A stretch of DNA of 13,301 nucleotides from Candidatus Jordarchaeia archaeon. GTDB lineage: Archaea; Asgardarchaeota; Jordiarchaeia; Jordiarchaeales; Jordiarchaeaceae. The first letter of the stretch is position 1. Each line of letters starts with the position of its first letter. Below are positions 1 through 7,917 of this stretch, piece after piece. The notes under the pieces are model-generated. The model had not been told where the DNA came from. It made no database searches and saw nothing but the letters and a program-made list of their open reading frames with translations. A program made the translations under genes and the position numbers. The DNA lies in the NCBI GenBank assembly GCA_029856435.1, contig JAHQXB010000004.1, positions 1 to 13,301 on the forward strand. Reading direction: 5' to 3'.

Positions 1-288
1 AGGAAGACTTATCACCGAAAAAAGGAGAAGATCCCAAGCCGAAAAGTTAAAACTTTCAATAAGAAACATTGTGTCAAATAGTTGCATAGCAGTTGACACA
101 CCAATAATGTTTCCTTGGTTTGAAAAAATTAGTCTCATTACGTACTCGTTTCCAAACTGAAAAGACAATAGGAAATATTGAGGTGGAAGCACTACTCTCA
201 TAATGAGGAATGCTGTCATGATTCCCAGAAGTTGCATAACTATGTAGACTATAGCTAATGAGACGACTCCTTCAGGTCTATAAGCCAT
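1..288 (-). CDS. Partial membrane protein (3' end off-window) with N-terminal RPxGV motif; not in the supplied ORF track
   Basis: Manual translation from ATG at 288 gives 96 open codons to the window edge: MAYRPEGVVSLAIVYIVMQLLGIMTAFLIMRVVLPPQYFLLSFQFGNEYVMRLIFSNQGNIIGVSTAMQLFDTMFLIESFNFSAWDLLLFSVISLP. It is hydrophobic, and a GGGGAG RBS lies at 300-305. Confidence 0.8.
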   Translation of the reverse strand, partial: MAYRPEGVVSLAIVYIVMQLLGIMTAFLIMRVVLPPQYFLLSFQFGNEYVMRLIFSNQGNIIGVSTAMQLFDTMFLIESFNFSAWDLLLFSVISLP

Positions 289-494
289 TATTCCATCATC
301 TCCCCTAAATATCTCCTAAATAGGACTGATACTCTTAATATTTAAGCATTCTTAAAAGGGCAAAATAAAGTTCTTAGAGCAGACAGAAAGATCATAGATT
401 TAAAAAAAGTAATAAAAAGTAAAAGCACTAGCTCCATTCGGATACTAACTATTTGTTGAAAAATATAAAAAAAGGGGAGGGAATGAAGATTGCT

Positions 495-975
495 TCATTG
501 AAATTCGTATTTTACGTCACCCGCCAGATAGGCAACCGTGACTGTTCCCAAAACAAGGAAAACTATACCGAACAAGAAACCATACAGAAATATGATTAGA
601 GACAGGAGTATGCCTACGATTATCGATATTATTCCGAGAATTACTCCCAAAACTCGTGCCCAGTTTCGCATGCTAAGCTGAGGCCTACAATTAGATACAA
701 TGCTGAAAAAATCGCAAGAAATCCACCAAAAATGTATGCGTAGAGAATATTTTGCGGATGGTGAAAATGGGATTAGAAATACCCCCTAAAGCCGCTATGG
801 GGTTAATGCCCAGCTCCAAAAGGTAGAAGCTTTCAAGAATACACCCATTTAAACTCTGACAAGAATTAGGAAGCACCATAGCTCAAATAGTTATTACTAC
901 AGTGACTCCCAGCCCTCCAACAATTATGAAAATAACTGAAAGCAAAATAACGCCCCTAGGTCTGTGAACACTCAT
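495..975 (-). pseudogene. Disrupted paralog of the RPxGV multi-pass membrane protein
   Basis: ATG at 975, preceded by AGGAGA, gives MSVHRPRGVILLSVIFIIVGGLGVTVVITI, then in-frame TGA (883-885). The same frame continues AMVLPNSCQ...GGISNPIF. A frameshift near 760-775 leads to PQNILYAYIFGGFLAIFSALYLIVGLSL, and a second near 672-675 leads to MRNWARVLGVILGIISIIVGILLSLIIFLYGFLFGIVFLVLGTVTVAYLAGDVKYEFQ*, with the stop at 495-497. Confidence 0.8.
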
Positions 976-1103
976 TCTCCTAACATATTCACCGTTTCTT
1001 TGAAGAAATGGCCACTGCTTGCCCTAAAAAATTTCTGAAGCGGCTACTAAATTCATCTAGAATCTATTTAAAAATACTATTTTTAAAAAATATAGGATAA
1101 AAA

Positions 1104-2399
1104 TTATGTTTTCATAGACATATTAACAAGTTCCATCAAGTCCATAACTTGTATACTCATCTTGTTTTCTTCCCTAGCATCACTAAGATTTCTGTAGCAG
1201 AAGGGACAAGCAGATGACAGCACCTCAGCTCCGGTGTCCAAGGCTTCCTTCAACCTCTCAGTGGCCGCAAATAACGCCAGCTCCTTAAAAGAGGATTTGA
1301 CACCTCCACCTGCCCCGCAGCACCAAGCGTTGTGCCTGTTTCGAGGCATTTCCACCAGTTCTACGCCCGGCATACTTTTGAGGAGTTCTCTGGGCTGTTC
1401 ATATATTCCCATATGTCTGCCGATATGGCAGGGGTCGTGATATGTGACCTTTTTGTTTATTGGCTTTACCAGTTTTAACTCTCCCTTCCTAATCAGGTCC
1501 AAAACGTAGACTGGCGAATGCACCGCTTCAAATCCGTAGTCCAGTTTAAACTTGTCTCTGTAGACTTCCTTAAGCATTCTGTAACAACCCGAACAAGAAG
1601 TTACAACTAGTTCAGCGCCTGTTTTCTCAATTTCTTTAATGTTATGCTCCGCACACTTCTTTGCAACTTCTACTTGTCCGGTCCACACCAGGGGGGAGCC
1701 GCAGCACCACTCATCCTGCATAACGGTGAAATCCTTTCCAGACTTGGACAGAATATTAAATGTGGAGTTGGCGATTTCCTTTTGTCTGTAGGCGGATGTG
1801 CAGCCCACAAAATAAACAATATTCGCCTTTCCGGGTAGTTTATCCCCTTTGTTCCCAAGCCAGTTTAACCTGTCCCTATGCTTTTCAATGTAGGGGTTGT
1901 GTTCCTCCACCACTGATTGCCCAAAGCGTTTCTGCTCCGGCATTGGGCCGAATCCTTCCTCCACGGCTTTCTCCCGGGCGGCGGCGAGCCACTCTAAGGC
2001 GTATGTGTGGATTCCCTCCAGCTGGCACTGTTGGGTGCAGTTTCCACATAGTGTGCAGTGGTATAGTATTTCCGCCAATGCAGGGCTCCACTTAATTTTG
2101 CCCGTGTTTAGTCCCCACAATAGTAGGTTTCTTCCTCCTAGGTAGTAGGACTCAAATTTTCTCAGCTCACCGCTGGGACAGGAGCGTGCCAGGTATGCGT
2201 TCTGGTAGATGTATCGGCACTGTCCACATTTTCCGCAGCGATAAACCTGATCCTCGTAGTATTCTAATTCTTTGTACCTCTCAAGTGACACTCTGTCGGG
2301 AATTGTAACTTTCTCGGTTATCCCTCTTCCTGGGAGGTACTTTTTCATCACTCTTTCAAATAGCTCCCTCTCTTTAGGCTTAACTGCTTCCACATCCAT
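1104..2399 (-). CDS. (Fe-S)-binding oxidoreductase subunit, HdrD/GlcF-like (two ferredoxin motifs plus two CCG domains)
   Basis: Ferredoxin motifs CGKCGQC...SCP and CTLCGNCTQQC. CCG domains YFVGCT..EWCCG..TSCSGC and YHDPCHIGR..WCCGAGGG..SACPFC. No transmembrane segment. GGAG RBS in the 12-bp gap after the upstream gene. Confidence 0.92.
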   Translation of the reverse strand: MDVEAVKPKERELFERVMKKYLPGRGITEKVTIPDRVSLERYKELEYYEDQVYRCGKCGQCRYIYQNAYLARSCPSGELRKFESYYLGGRNLLLWGLNTGKIKWSPALAEILYHCTLCGNCTQQCQLEGIHTYALEWLAAAREKAVEEGFGPMPEQKRFGQSVVEEHNPYIEKHRDRLNWLGNKGDKLPGKANIVYFVGCTSAYRQKEIANSTFNILSKSGKDFTVMQDEWCCGSPLVWTGQVEVAKKCAEHNIKEIEKTGAELVVTSCSGCYRMLKEVYRDKFKLDYGFEAVHSPVYVLDLIRKGELKLVKPINKKVTYHDPCHIGRHMGIYEQPRELLKSMPGVELVEMPRNRHNAWCCGAGGGVKSSFKELALFAATERLKEALDTGAEVLSSACPFCYRNLSDAREENKMSIQVMDLMELVNMSMKT

Positions 2400-2411
2400 C
2401 TCTCTCCTTCT

Positions 2412-3875
2412 TTATAATCCTTGTCCGGGGTTCATTATTCCGTTGGGGTCGATGAGTTTCTTGATTTTCTGCATTAGTTCTAGGGTGTTGGGGTCTGCTT
2501 TTTCAAAGTTGCGAGCCTTAGCCCAGGGTGGAGGCTTGTACCTTATGAAGCTTCCCACTTTTCTCGCTTCCTCATCCATATCCATGAGGCACTTTCTCAC
2601 TTTTTGGATTTCTTGGGGGTCATTTTTGCTGAAGGAGATGTTCATTCTTCCAATCCAGTAGTGTCCACCAAACATTGCTCTGCCATAAAACTGGGGTCGC
2701 CTGCCATGCCTTTTTGCAGCCTCCCTCATCTTGTAGTACACGTCAACTAGGTGCTTTGAGGAAACATATCCGCCTGTCCATTCTCCGCCACCGCCCCTTG
2801 CAAAGTCCCAAACTGTGTAGAGCTGAATAGGGGTACTGGTATAAGTTAGAAATTCTCCAATCTGGTTTTCAGCAAAGAGTCCAAGGGCGTCACCGAAACG
2901 TGTAGCCATTTCACCCTCCTCAGAGCATATTTTCATTAGAGTTTCCTCCTTAGCGTCAAGCTCCTTCTCCGTGGCTCCGGTGACTGTTACCAGACCGTAG
3001 AAATCTGGGAGACCCGCCTTTTCGGGCTCATAGGGAATATTTTCACTGTCCCGCACTCCCTGAGTGGCGGTAAGCCAAACAAAGTTTAGAAAACACATAT
3101 CCACGATTCCCAGACCAGCCTTAGCAAGCCTCTTAAAAATACGTACTCCAGAATCCACGGTTTTCCCCAGAACAATGTAGTCTCTTCGGGGCAAATTGGG
3201 CCAAAGCTTGATTCCTGCTTTGGTGATTATCCCCGTTGTTCCCTCCCAACCAATAAATAAGCCTGCCAAGTCCGGGTAAGGTTGCCGTCCATACCAGTAA
3301 TCAGTAGACATGCAGGAGCCCACCCGAACCACCTTACCGGTGGGAAGTACCACCTCAAGGCCGTTTATGAATTCTGCTCCCGTCCCTCCAATCATTCCCA
3401 AGTCTAGCATACCGTAACAAATGTACGCCGATACGACCCCGGTTCCTGGAGGAGACCATGTGATTCCTGCTCTCAAATCCGGATGGTTCTTTAGAAGGTA
3501 GCCCTTCAAATCTCCCCAAGTGATTCCGCCCTCCACCACGGCGTACATATCATCCTCGTTAACCTCAAGAACCTTATTCATTCTTCTCAGGTCTACAACT
3601 ATTCCTCCCATTCTGGGAATGCAAACCCCACCAATATTGATCCCAGAAATCCAGGGCACAACTGGAATTTTCTCCCTGTTGGCAAGTTCAACAATCTGCC
3701 TAACTTCCTCTGTGGTTCGGGGCATAACCACAAAATCGCACTTTCCAGGCTCCTCAGCAGTCACAAAGTCCCAGTGGTAAAGGAAAAGTTCCTCGGGCCT
3801 ATTGGAGACAAATCTCTCACCCACAATTCCTGCTAATTCTCCGTAAAGCTTATCTACCTCAACTAATTTGGTCAT
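2412..3875 (-). CDS. FAD-binding oxidoreductase, VAO/PCMH-type (FAD_binding_4; GlcD/COG0277-like); substrate unknown
   Basis: VVMPRTTEEV, SGINIGG, DLRRMNKVLEVNEDDMYAVVEGGITW, GLEVVLPTG, PDLAGLFIGWEGTTGIITK and C-terminal KKLIDPNGIMNPG. RBS GGAGG at 3882-3886. Confidence 0.9.
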   Translation of the reverse strand: MTKLVEVDKLYGELAGIVGERFVSNRPEELFLYHWDFVTAEEPGKCDFVVMPRTTEEVRQIVELANREKIPVVPWISGINIGGVCIPRMGGIVVDLRRMNKVLEVNEDDMYAVVEGGITWGDLKGYLLKNHPDLRAGITWSPPGTGVVSAYICYGMLDLGMIGGTGAEFINGLEVVLPTGKVVRVGSCMSTDYWYGRQPYPDLAGLFIGWEGTTGIITKAGIKLWPNLPRRDYIVLGKTVDSGVRIFKRLAKAGLGIVDMCFLNFVWLTATQGVRDSENIPYEPEKAGLPDFYGLVTVTGATEKELDAKEETLMKICSEEGEMATRFGDALGLFAENQIGEFLTYTSTPIQLYTVWDFARGGGGEWTGGYVSSKHLVDVYYKMREAAKRHGRRPQFYGRAMFGGHYWIGRMNISFSKNDPQEIQKVRKCLMDMDEEARKVGSFIRYKPPPWAKARNFEKADPNTLELMQKIKKLIDPNGIMNPGQGL

Positions 3876-3935
3876 AGTTTTCCTCCTTACAAGAGCATAA
3901 TTTTCAAATACTTGCTACTTCTCTCCAACTTTTTC

Positions 3936-3950
3936 ATATTAAATTTATCG
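3936..3950 (-). promoter_or_regulatory. Putative BRE-TATA promoter of the FAD/Fe-S operon
   Basis: Minus strand reads CGATAAA-TTTAATAT about 60 nt upstream of ATG 3875. Confidence 0.45.
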
Positions 3951-4116
3951 CTTATACGAAGAGAGCACAAACCTGCATCTTTTTCTCCCCTTTTTTTGAA
4001 TGGTTTTGCTTAACTAATCTAGGAGATTTTGATCCATCCGACTCTAATCCTCGATTTGAGGCCCAAATGGGAAAAGAAACTCTATAAACGCTTCCTTTTA
4101 AGCCGAAATAGGTAGA

Positions 4117-4300
4117 CCATATGTTTAAGCAACACTCCGGGGGGCTGAATTTTTGTGGTGACCTTGCCTTAGCCTGCCTCCGCACCCCCTTCTACCTCCA
4201 TTTTTCTACACAAAGGTGTTAAAAAGTGGGGAGATGGTTTCTCTCAAGCCAGCCACAAAAAACAGATCCCTACAAACAGGAGTGCTGCCTAAACATATGG
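4117..4300. mobile_element. 184-bp fold-back MITE-like element with 22-bp terminal inverted repeats
   Basis: Left end CCATATGTTTAAGCAACACTCC versus right-end reverse complement CCATATGTTTAGGCAGCACTCC (20/22 match). It is flanked by direct TAGA/TAGA (TAGGTAGA versus TAGATAGA over 8 bp). Further imperfect internal arms are present and there is no coding capacity. Confidence 0.65.
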
Positions 4301-4745
4301 TAGATAGAAACAACATATATCCACTCACGCTATTAAGCGTCACATTTTGGGAATATAAGGCTCATAGTCAAAACTTGTGAATGTATGACTTGATCCTTTT
4401 TCTTGCCTATGAATACTCCCTCTTAATCATCAATTTTTGCAAAGCGGTGATGAAGAAACTTGAAAATGGAGTTAACCCGACACATATGAACAGTTGGTTC
4501 TTCAAAATTGGAATTGTATATTTTGTATTTCGGTCCTTTTTTTTGTTTACTTATGTGGGCGTAATTAATTTGGTGCCACCTGCTGCGTGCCATTTGTTTC
4601 CGCCTTTTATCACCCCTTGAGGTGCTCTTTTCGGCGCTTTTTGCCTTGTAGAATAAATCAAAATAGGTTTCCATCTGAAGATGTAGGACGCAACCCAAAC
4701 ATACACCCAAAAGGTGACACGCAGTTAACTGTATCTCCTTATTAT

Positions 4746-4759
4746 AAAAAAGGTTATAT
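4746..4759 (+). promoter_or_regulatory. Putative BRE-TATA promoter of the DUF4332 gene
   Basis: AAAAAAGG-TTATAT about 45 nt upstream of ATG 4804; RBS GAGGTGA at 4794-4800. Confidence 0.5.
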
Positions 4760-4803
4760 GCCTGTTTTTTTTAAGCATAAATTCAAAGGTGTTGAGGTGA
4801 AGT

Positions 4804-5757
4804 ATGATGGCTGGTGAACGTTTAAGTGTTGCTGGCGGTGCATTAGCTTTTTTGGCAGGATTTACAGGTGTATCCTTTAGTGGTTCGCTCATTTTTCCTA
4901 ATCTTACTCCCATAACTAATATTCTTCAACTTCCTGTGAGCGATTTGTGGGGAAGCTATGGGACTACCCTACTAAACATAGTTTTTCTCCAACTATTATT
5001 GATCCTCCTAAATAGTTCATATGGGGGTTTTTGGCACGTGTTGGGGTTGCTGTCTGGTGCAGGGGTTCTCCTTTTGTCCTATCCTCTCACTGCTGGAAAA
5101 TGGGTTAGAGGAGTCATTATAGGTTTAATCGGCTTGGGTGCTCTGGAAATTTTTAGCGGTTTTTCCGGATCAGCCGGCATAGTGGCGGTGAGTGGAGGAT
5201 TAGCAGTTATTGGGGGACTTCTTGGAGTAGGGGTCTGGAGGGCCATTAGATATGAGAAGCCTGAGGTTGGAGCTGCAAAGGCGGAAGTGCCTGCAAAGAA
5301 GGTAGTTGCCGAAAAACCGGAAAAAAGGGTTAAAAGAGCCGCAAAAGTTGTTCCAAAAGGTGTACCGAGAGCCCAACTAGAAATATCCAGGATTGAGGGA
5401 ATCGGACCAGTTTATGCTTCTAGACTGGAGAGAGCAGAAATCAAGACCTTATCTCAACTGGCTAATTCCTCAATTGATAAGGTGGCTTCAACTGCTAAAG
5501 TTAACAAGAAGGAAGCTGAAAAGTGGATACGGATAGCCAACCTGCTACTCTTAAACGAAATAGATGAAGAGGCCGCAGAAATTATGGTGATTGGAGCAGG
5601 AGTAACCTCTCTGAAAGACTTGGCTGAGAGAAAACCAGACCAACTCTACGAAGAAATGCAGGCAGCCCTAAAAATGGGCAAGGTCGCTGTACCAAAAGGC
5701 TACAGCTTCACTAAACAAGACGTAGAAAAATGGGTCAATGCAGCGAAAGGAAAATGA
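4804..5757 (+). CDS. Membrane-anchored helix-hairpin-helix / DUF4332-domain protein
   Basis: About 4-5 Gly-rich hydrophobic helices occupy residues ~5-142, followed by a K/A/E/P/V-rich linker. The C-terminal domain carries HhH motif IEGIGPVYASRLERAEIKTLSQLA and ANLLLLNEIDEEAAEIMVIGAGVTSLKDLA...KW, a pattern typical of DUF4332. Confidence 0.8.
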   Translation: MMAGERLSVAGGALAFLAGFTGVSFSGSLIFPNLTPITNILQLPVSDLWGSYGTTLLNIVFLQLLLILLNSSYGGFWHVLGLLSGAGVLLLSYPLTAGKWVRGVIIGLIGLGALEIFSGFSGSAGIVAVSGGLAVIGGLLGVGVWRAIRYEKPEVGAAKAEVPAKKVVAEKPEKRVKRAAKVVPKGVPRAQLEISRIEGIGPVYASRLERAEIKTLSQLANSSIDKVASTAKVNKKEAEKWIRIANLLLLNEIDEEAAEIMVIGAGVTSLKDLAERKPDQLYEEMQAALKMGKVAVPKGYSFTKQDVEKWVNAAKGK

Positions 5758-5839
5758 TACAACCAACAGAAGGCAGGACATAGTATGACCACTTTACAAA
5801 TCTCCCTCCCTCTCTTACAGACAGGAGTTTTTCTCTGAT

Positions 5840-5968
5840 GTTCTTTGTCACAATTTATCTCTTCCAATCTTTAATGTGCTTAAAATTTTTTCAAATTAAC
5901 ACTAAAATTACAAAAAATTTAAAAACAAGTAAAAAATTAAAAAAATAAAAGTTAATCACAACAAAACC
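5840..5968. repeat. Decayed copy of the ~135-bp IS903-like-ended MITE
   Basis: 5881-5968 aligns by eye to 8136-8226, sharing TAAAATTTTT..CAAATT, TAAAATT.CAAAAATT and AAATT.AAAAAATAAAA. It ends CAACAAAACC versus the family end CAACAGAGCC. The region is AT-rich, so the match is less certain, and the left end is approximate. Confidence 0.45.
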
Positions 5969-6009
5969 AAGAAGGCACATTTTCTGCTAACCTGTGTTCT
6001 GTCGTGACG

Positions 6010-6054
6010 AGTGCACCGTTTCCCTAAGCGCTCCTTGTTGGGTAGCGGTGCACT
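6010..6054. other. Intergenic stem-loop
   Basis: AGTGCACCGTT (6010-6020) pairs with AGCGGTGCACT (6044-6054), 11 bp with one G-U. The stem extends by CCC/GGG after a single mismatch. Confidence 0.55.
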
Positions 6055-6269
6055 TCCAACTTTTTGAAGCTTAAGCGGTCATTTCTTCTGTTTTTTTTCG
6101 AGTGTAACATTCAACTATTTTTAACTATTCACAAATTTGTTAACAAAAGTGTTAAGTTTAATCACGCCGCTGGAAGCCGCTTAAAAAAAATAAGTTGCGT
6201 CATAGTGGCGGCGGTTTCCACTTTTTGGGCAAATTGGTTCTGCTGTTCCTTCGGTGGTTAATTGGGAAC

Positions 6270-6284
6270 CGAAAAAGCTTATAT
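6270..6284 (+). promoter_or_regulatory. Putative BRE-TATA promoter upstream of the transporter
   Basis: CGAAAAAG-CTTATAT, close to the archaeal consensus. Confidence 0.55.
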
Positions 6285-6591
6285 CGGGCTCCTGATATTT
6301 GGATTAAGTAATCAGTCGCGATGATGAAAAGCAAGAAATCTGGGCTTTGCGAAGAATCACCTCCAGATGGCTACAGAGGGACCGCCCATATATGAAAAAC
6401 GTTTTCACGGACAATACCCTTTTATTCCCACGGTCAAATGGTGTACATGAGCAGGAAACCAAGCATCTTCTTTTTTGGCATATTCAGCGATTGAGGGGTG
6501 AGTGGTTTCCGCAATTTACCGTGTTTTCCTCTATTTTTACTCTGTATTGCTTGTTGGGAGAATTTTGGATGCCCTGCAGGTGAGGGGTGAG

Positions 6592-7917
6592 ATGGGTATG
6601 GCTCTGCCTGTGAGTATTTCTGTGATAGTTTTGTTTGTGGTATTTGTTTTGATTGCGGTTAGGAGGATAGGTAAGATTAGACTTAAAATTTGGCAGATTA
6701 TGCTTGGTGGGGCGGTGGCTGTTTTACTGACTCAGGAAATTTCTCCAATAAAAGCTTTGGAAGCAATAAACGTGGATGTGATGCTGTTTCTGTTTGGAAT
6801 GTTTATTGTTGGTGAGGCCTTGTATTCTAGTGGCTACCTTTTCCACTCTTCCTACATGCTTTTCAAAAAGGCCAAAAATGTGGACTACTTGATTCTTATG
6901 ATTCTTTTCGGTATGGGTGTGCTCTCCGCCTTTTTGATGAATGACACGTTGGCAATAATTGGCACTCCGTTGGTGCTACATTTTGCAAAGAAGTACAATG
7001 TGTCTGCAAAGCTTCTACTCCTGTCCCTGGCATTTGCGGTTACCGTTGGCAGTGTGATGAGCCCCATAGGGAATCCTCAAAATCTCCTAATTGCCATAGG
7101 GGGCAACATTAAGAATCCCTTCATCGAATTTTTCAGATATCTAACCATCCCCACAATAGTTAACCTCTTCATCACCTACATTGTACTGAAAATGTTTTAC
7201 AGAAATCAGTTCGGTAAAAGTTTGGAGGACCAGAACCAAGAACCCATAAGTGATCAGAGGCTGGCACTCCTATCAAAAATTTCCTTGATTTTAATCGTCG
7301 CCATGATTATCATAAAAATTTCTCTAGTATTTCTGGGATGGGCTGTGGAGTTTAGATTGACATACATTGCCCTAGTATCTGCAGCACCAATACTCCTCTT
7401 CAGTAAAAGGAGATTTGAAATATTGAAAAACATTGATTGGTACACTCTGATATTCTTCGCCTCAATGTTTGTCTTAATGGAGAGCGTGTGGGATTCGGGA
7501 TTCTTCCAATCCTTCATAGGGTTCAACCCAAGCATAACCTCCATCCCCACCATACTGGTAACCAGTGTCATAGTGAGCCAAATGATTTCCAACGTGCCCT
7601 TCGTGGCCCTCTACCTGCCTCTCCTATCCTACTACAACCTTTTCTTAAGCCAAATACTCAACCTGCCCTATATTACCCTCTTTCCACAGCTCCTAGAAAT
7701 CTTCGGCGGTGTATCGACAATACAACTGGTAGCTCTCGCCGCCGGAAGCACCATCGCTGGAAACCTCCTCATACTGGGAGCCGCCAGTAACGTGATAATT
7801 ATCCAAAACGCGGAAAAAAGCGGTGAAACACTCACATTCTTCGAATTTGCCAAAGTAGGAATCCCCCTCACACTCATCAACATAGTTGTTTATTGGATTT
7901 TTCTAACCATCGTTTAA
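6592..7917 (+). CDS. ArsB/NhaD-family (ion transporter superfamily, YbiR/SLC13-like) permease
   Basis: Motifs SAFLMNDT, GSVMSPIGNPQNLLIA, ISNVP and GSTIAGNLLILGAASNVII, with many TM helices. Start moved from 6502 to ATG 6592 (or 6598) because the RBS GAGGGGTGA lies immediately upstream. Confidence 0.9.
   Translation: MGMALPVSISVIVLFVVFVLIAVRRIGKIRLKIWQIMLGGAVAVLLTQEISPIKALEAINVDVMLFLFGMFIVGEALYSSGYLFHSSYMLFKKAKNVDYLILMILFGMGVLSAFLMNDTLAIIGTPLVLHFAKKYNVSAKLLLLSLAFAVTVGSVMSPIGNPQNLLIAIGGNIKNPFIEFFRYLTIPTIVNLFITYIVLKMFYRNQFGKSLEDQNQEPISDQRLALLSKISLILIVAMIIIKISLVFLGWAVEFRLTYIALVSAAPILLFSKRRFEILKNIDWYTLIFFASMFVLMESVWDSGFFQSFIGFNPSITSIPTILVTSVIVSQMISNVPFVALYLPLLSYYNLFLSQILNLPYITLFPQLLEIFGGVSTIQLVALAAGSTIAGNLLILGAASNVIIIQNAEKSGETLTFFEFAKVGIPLTLINIVVYWIFLTIV

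Noticed and set aside
288-299. Mini-uORF ATG-ATG-GAA-TAA overlapping the start at 288
   Set aside because: The RBS abuts the uORF start and is better spaced for ATG 288, so it is probably incidental.
691-879. 62-aa ORF as a stand-alone gene
   Set aside because: It is the middle fragment of the 495-975 pseudogene and runs out of frame.
883-885. In-frame TGA as selenocysteine or programmed readthrough
   Set aside because: It lies in a hydrophobic helix with no redox motif and no recognisable SECIS, and two frameshifts follow. A TGG-to-TGA mutation is simpler.
4230-4273. Fluoride-riboswitch-like string GGAGATGGTTTCTCTC...GATCCCTAC
   Set aside because: The pseudoknot pairing is incomplete, the GCUxAUGA element is missing, and it is part of one arm of the fold-back element.
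4450-4620. 56-aa ORF MKKLENG... with a hydrophobic stretch, and the other short ORFs in 3952-4913
   Set aside because: T-rich intergenic composition explains the hydrophobicity, there is no recognisable motif, and several mutually overlapping ORFs compete. A small protein cannot be fully excluded.
6321-6375. C/D-box sRNA starting at ATGATGA
   Set aside because: No CTGA D or D' box occurs at the proper spacing; only degenerate CTGG and CAGA are present.
6502-6591. 30-aa N-terminal extension of the transporter
   Set aside because: A strong RBS precedes ATG 6592, and the family-like sequence starts there.
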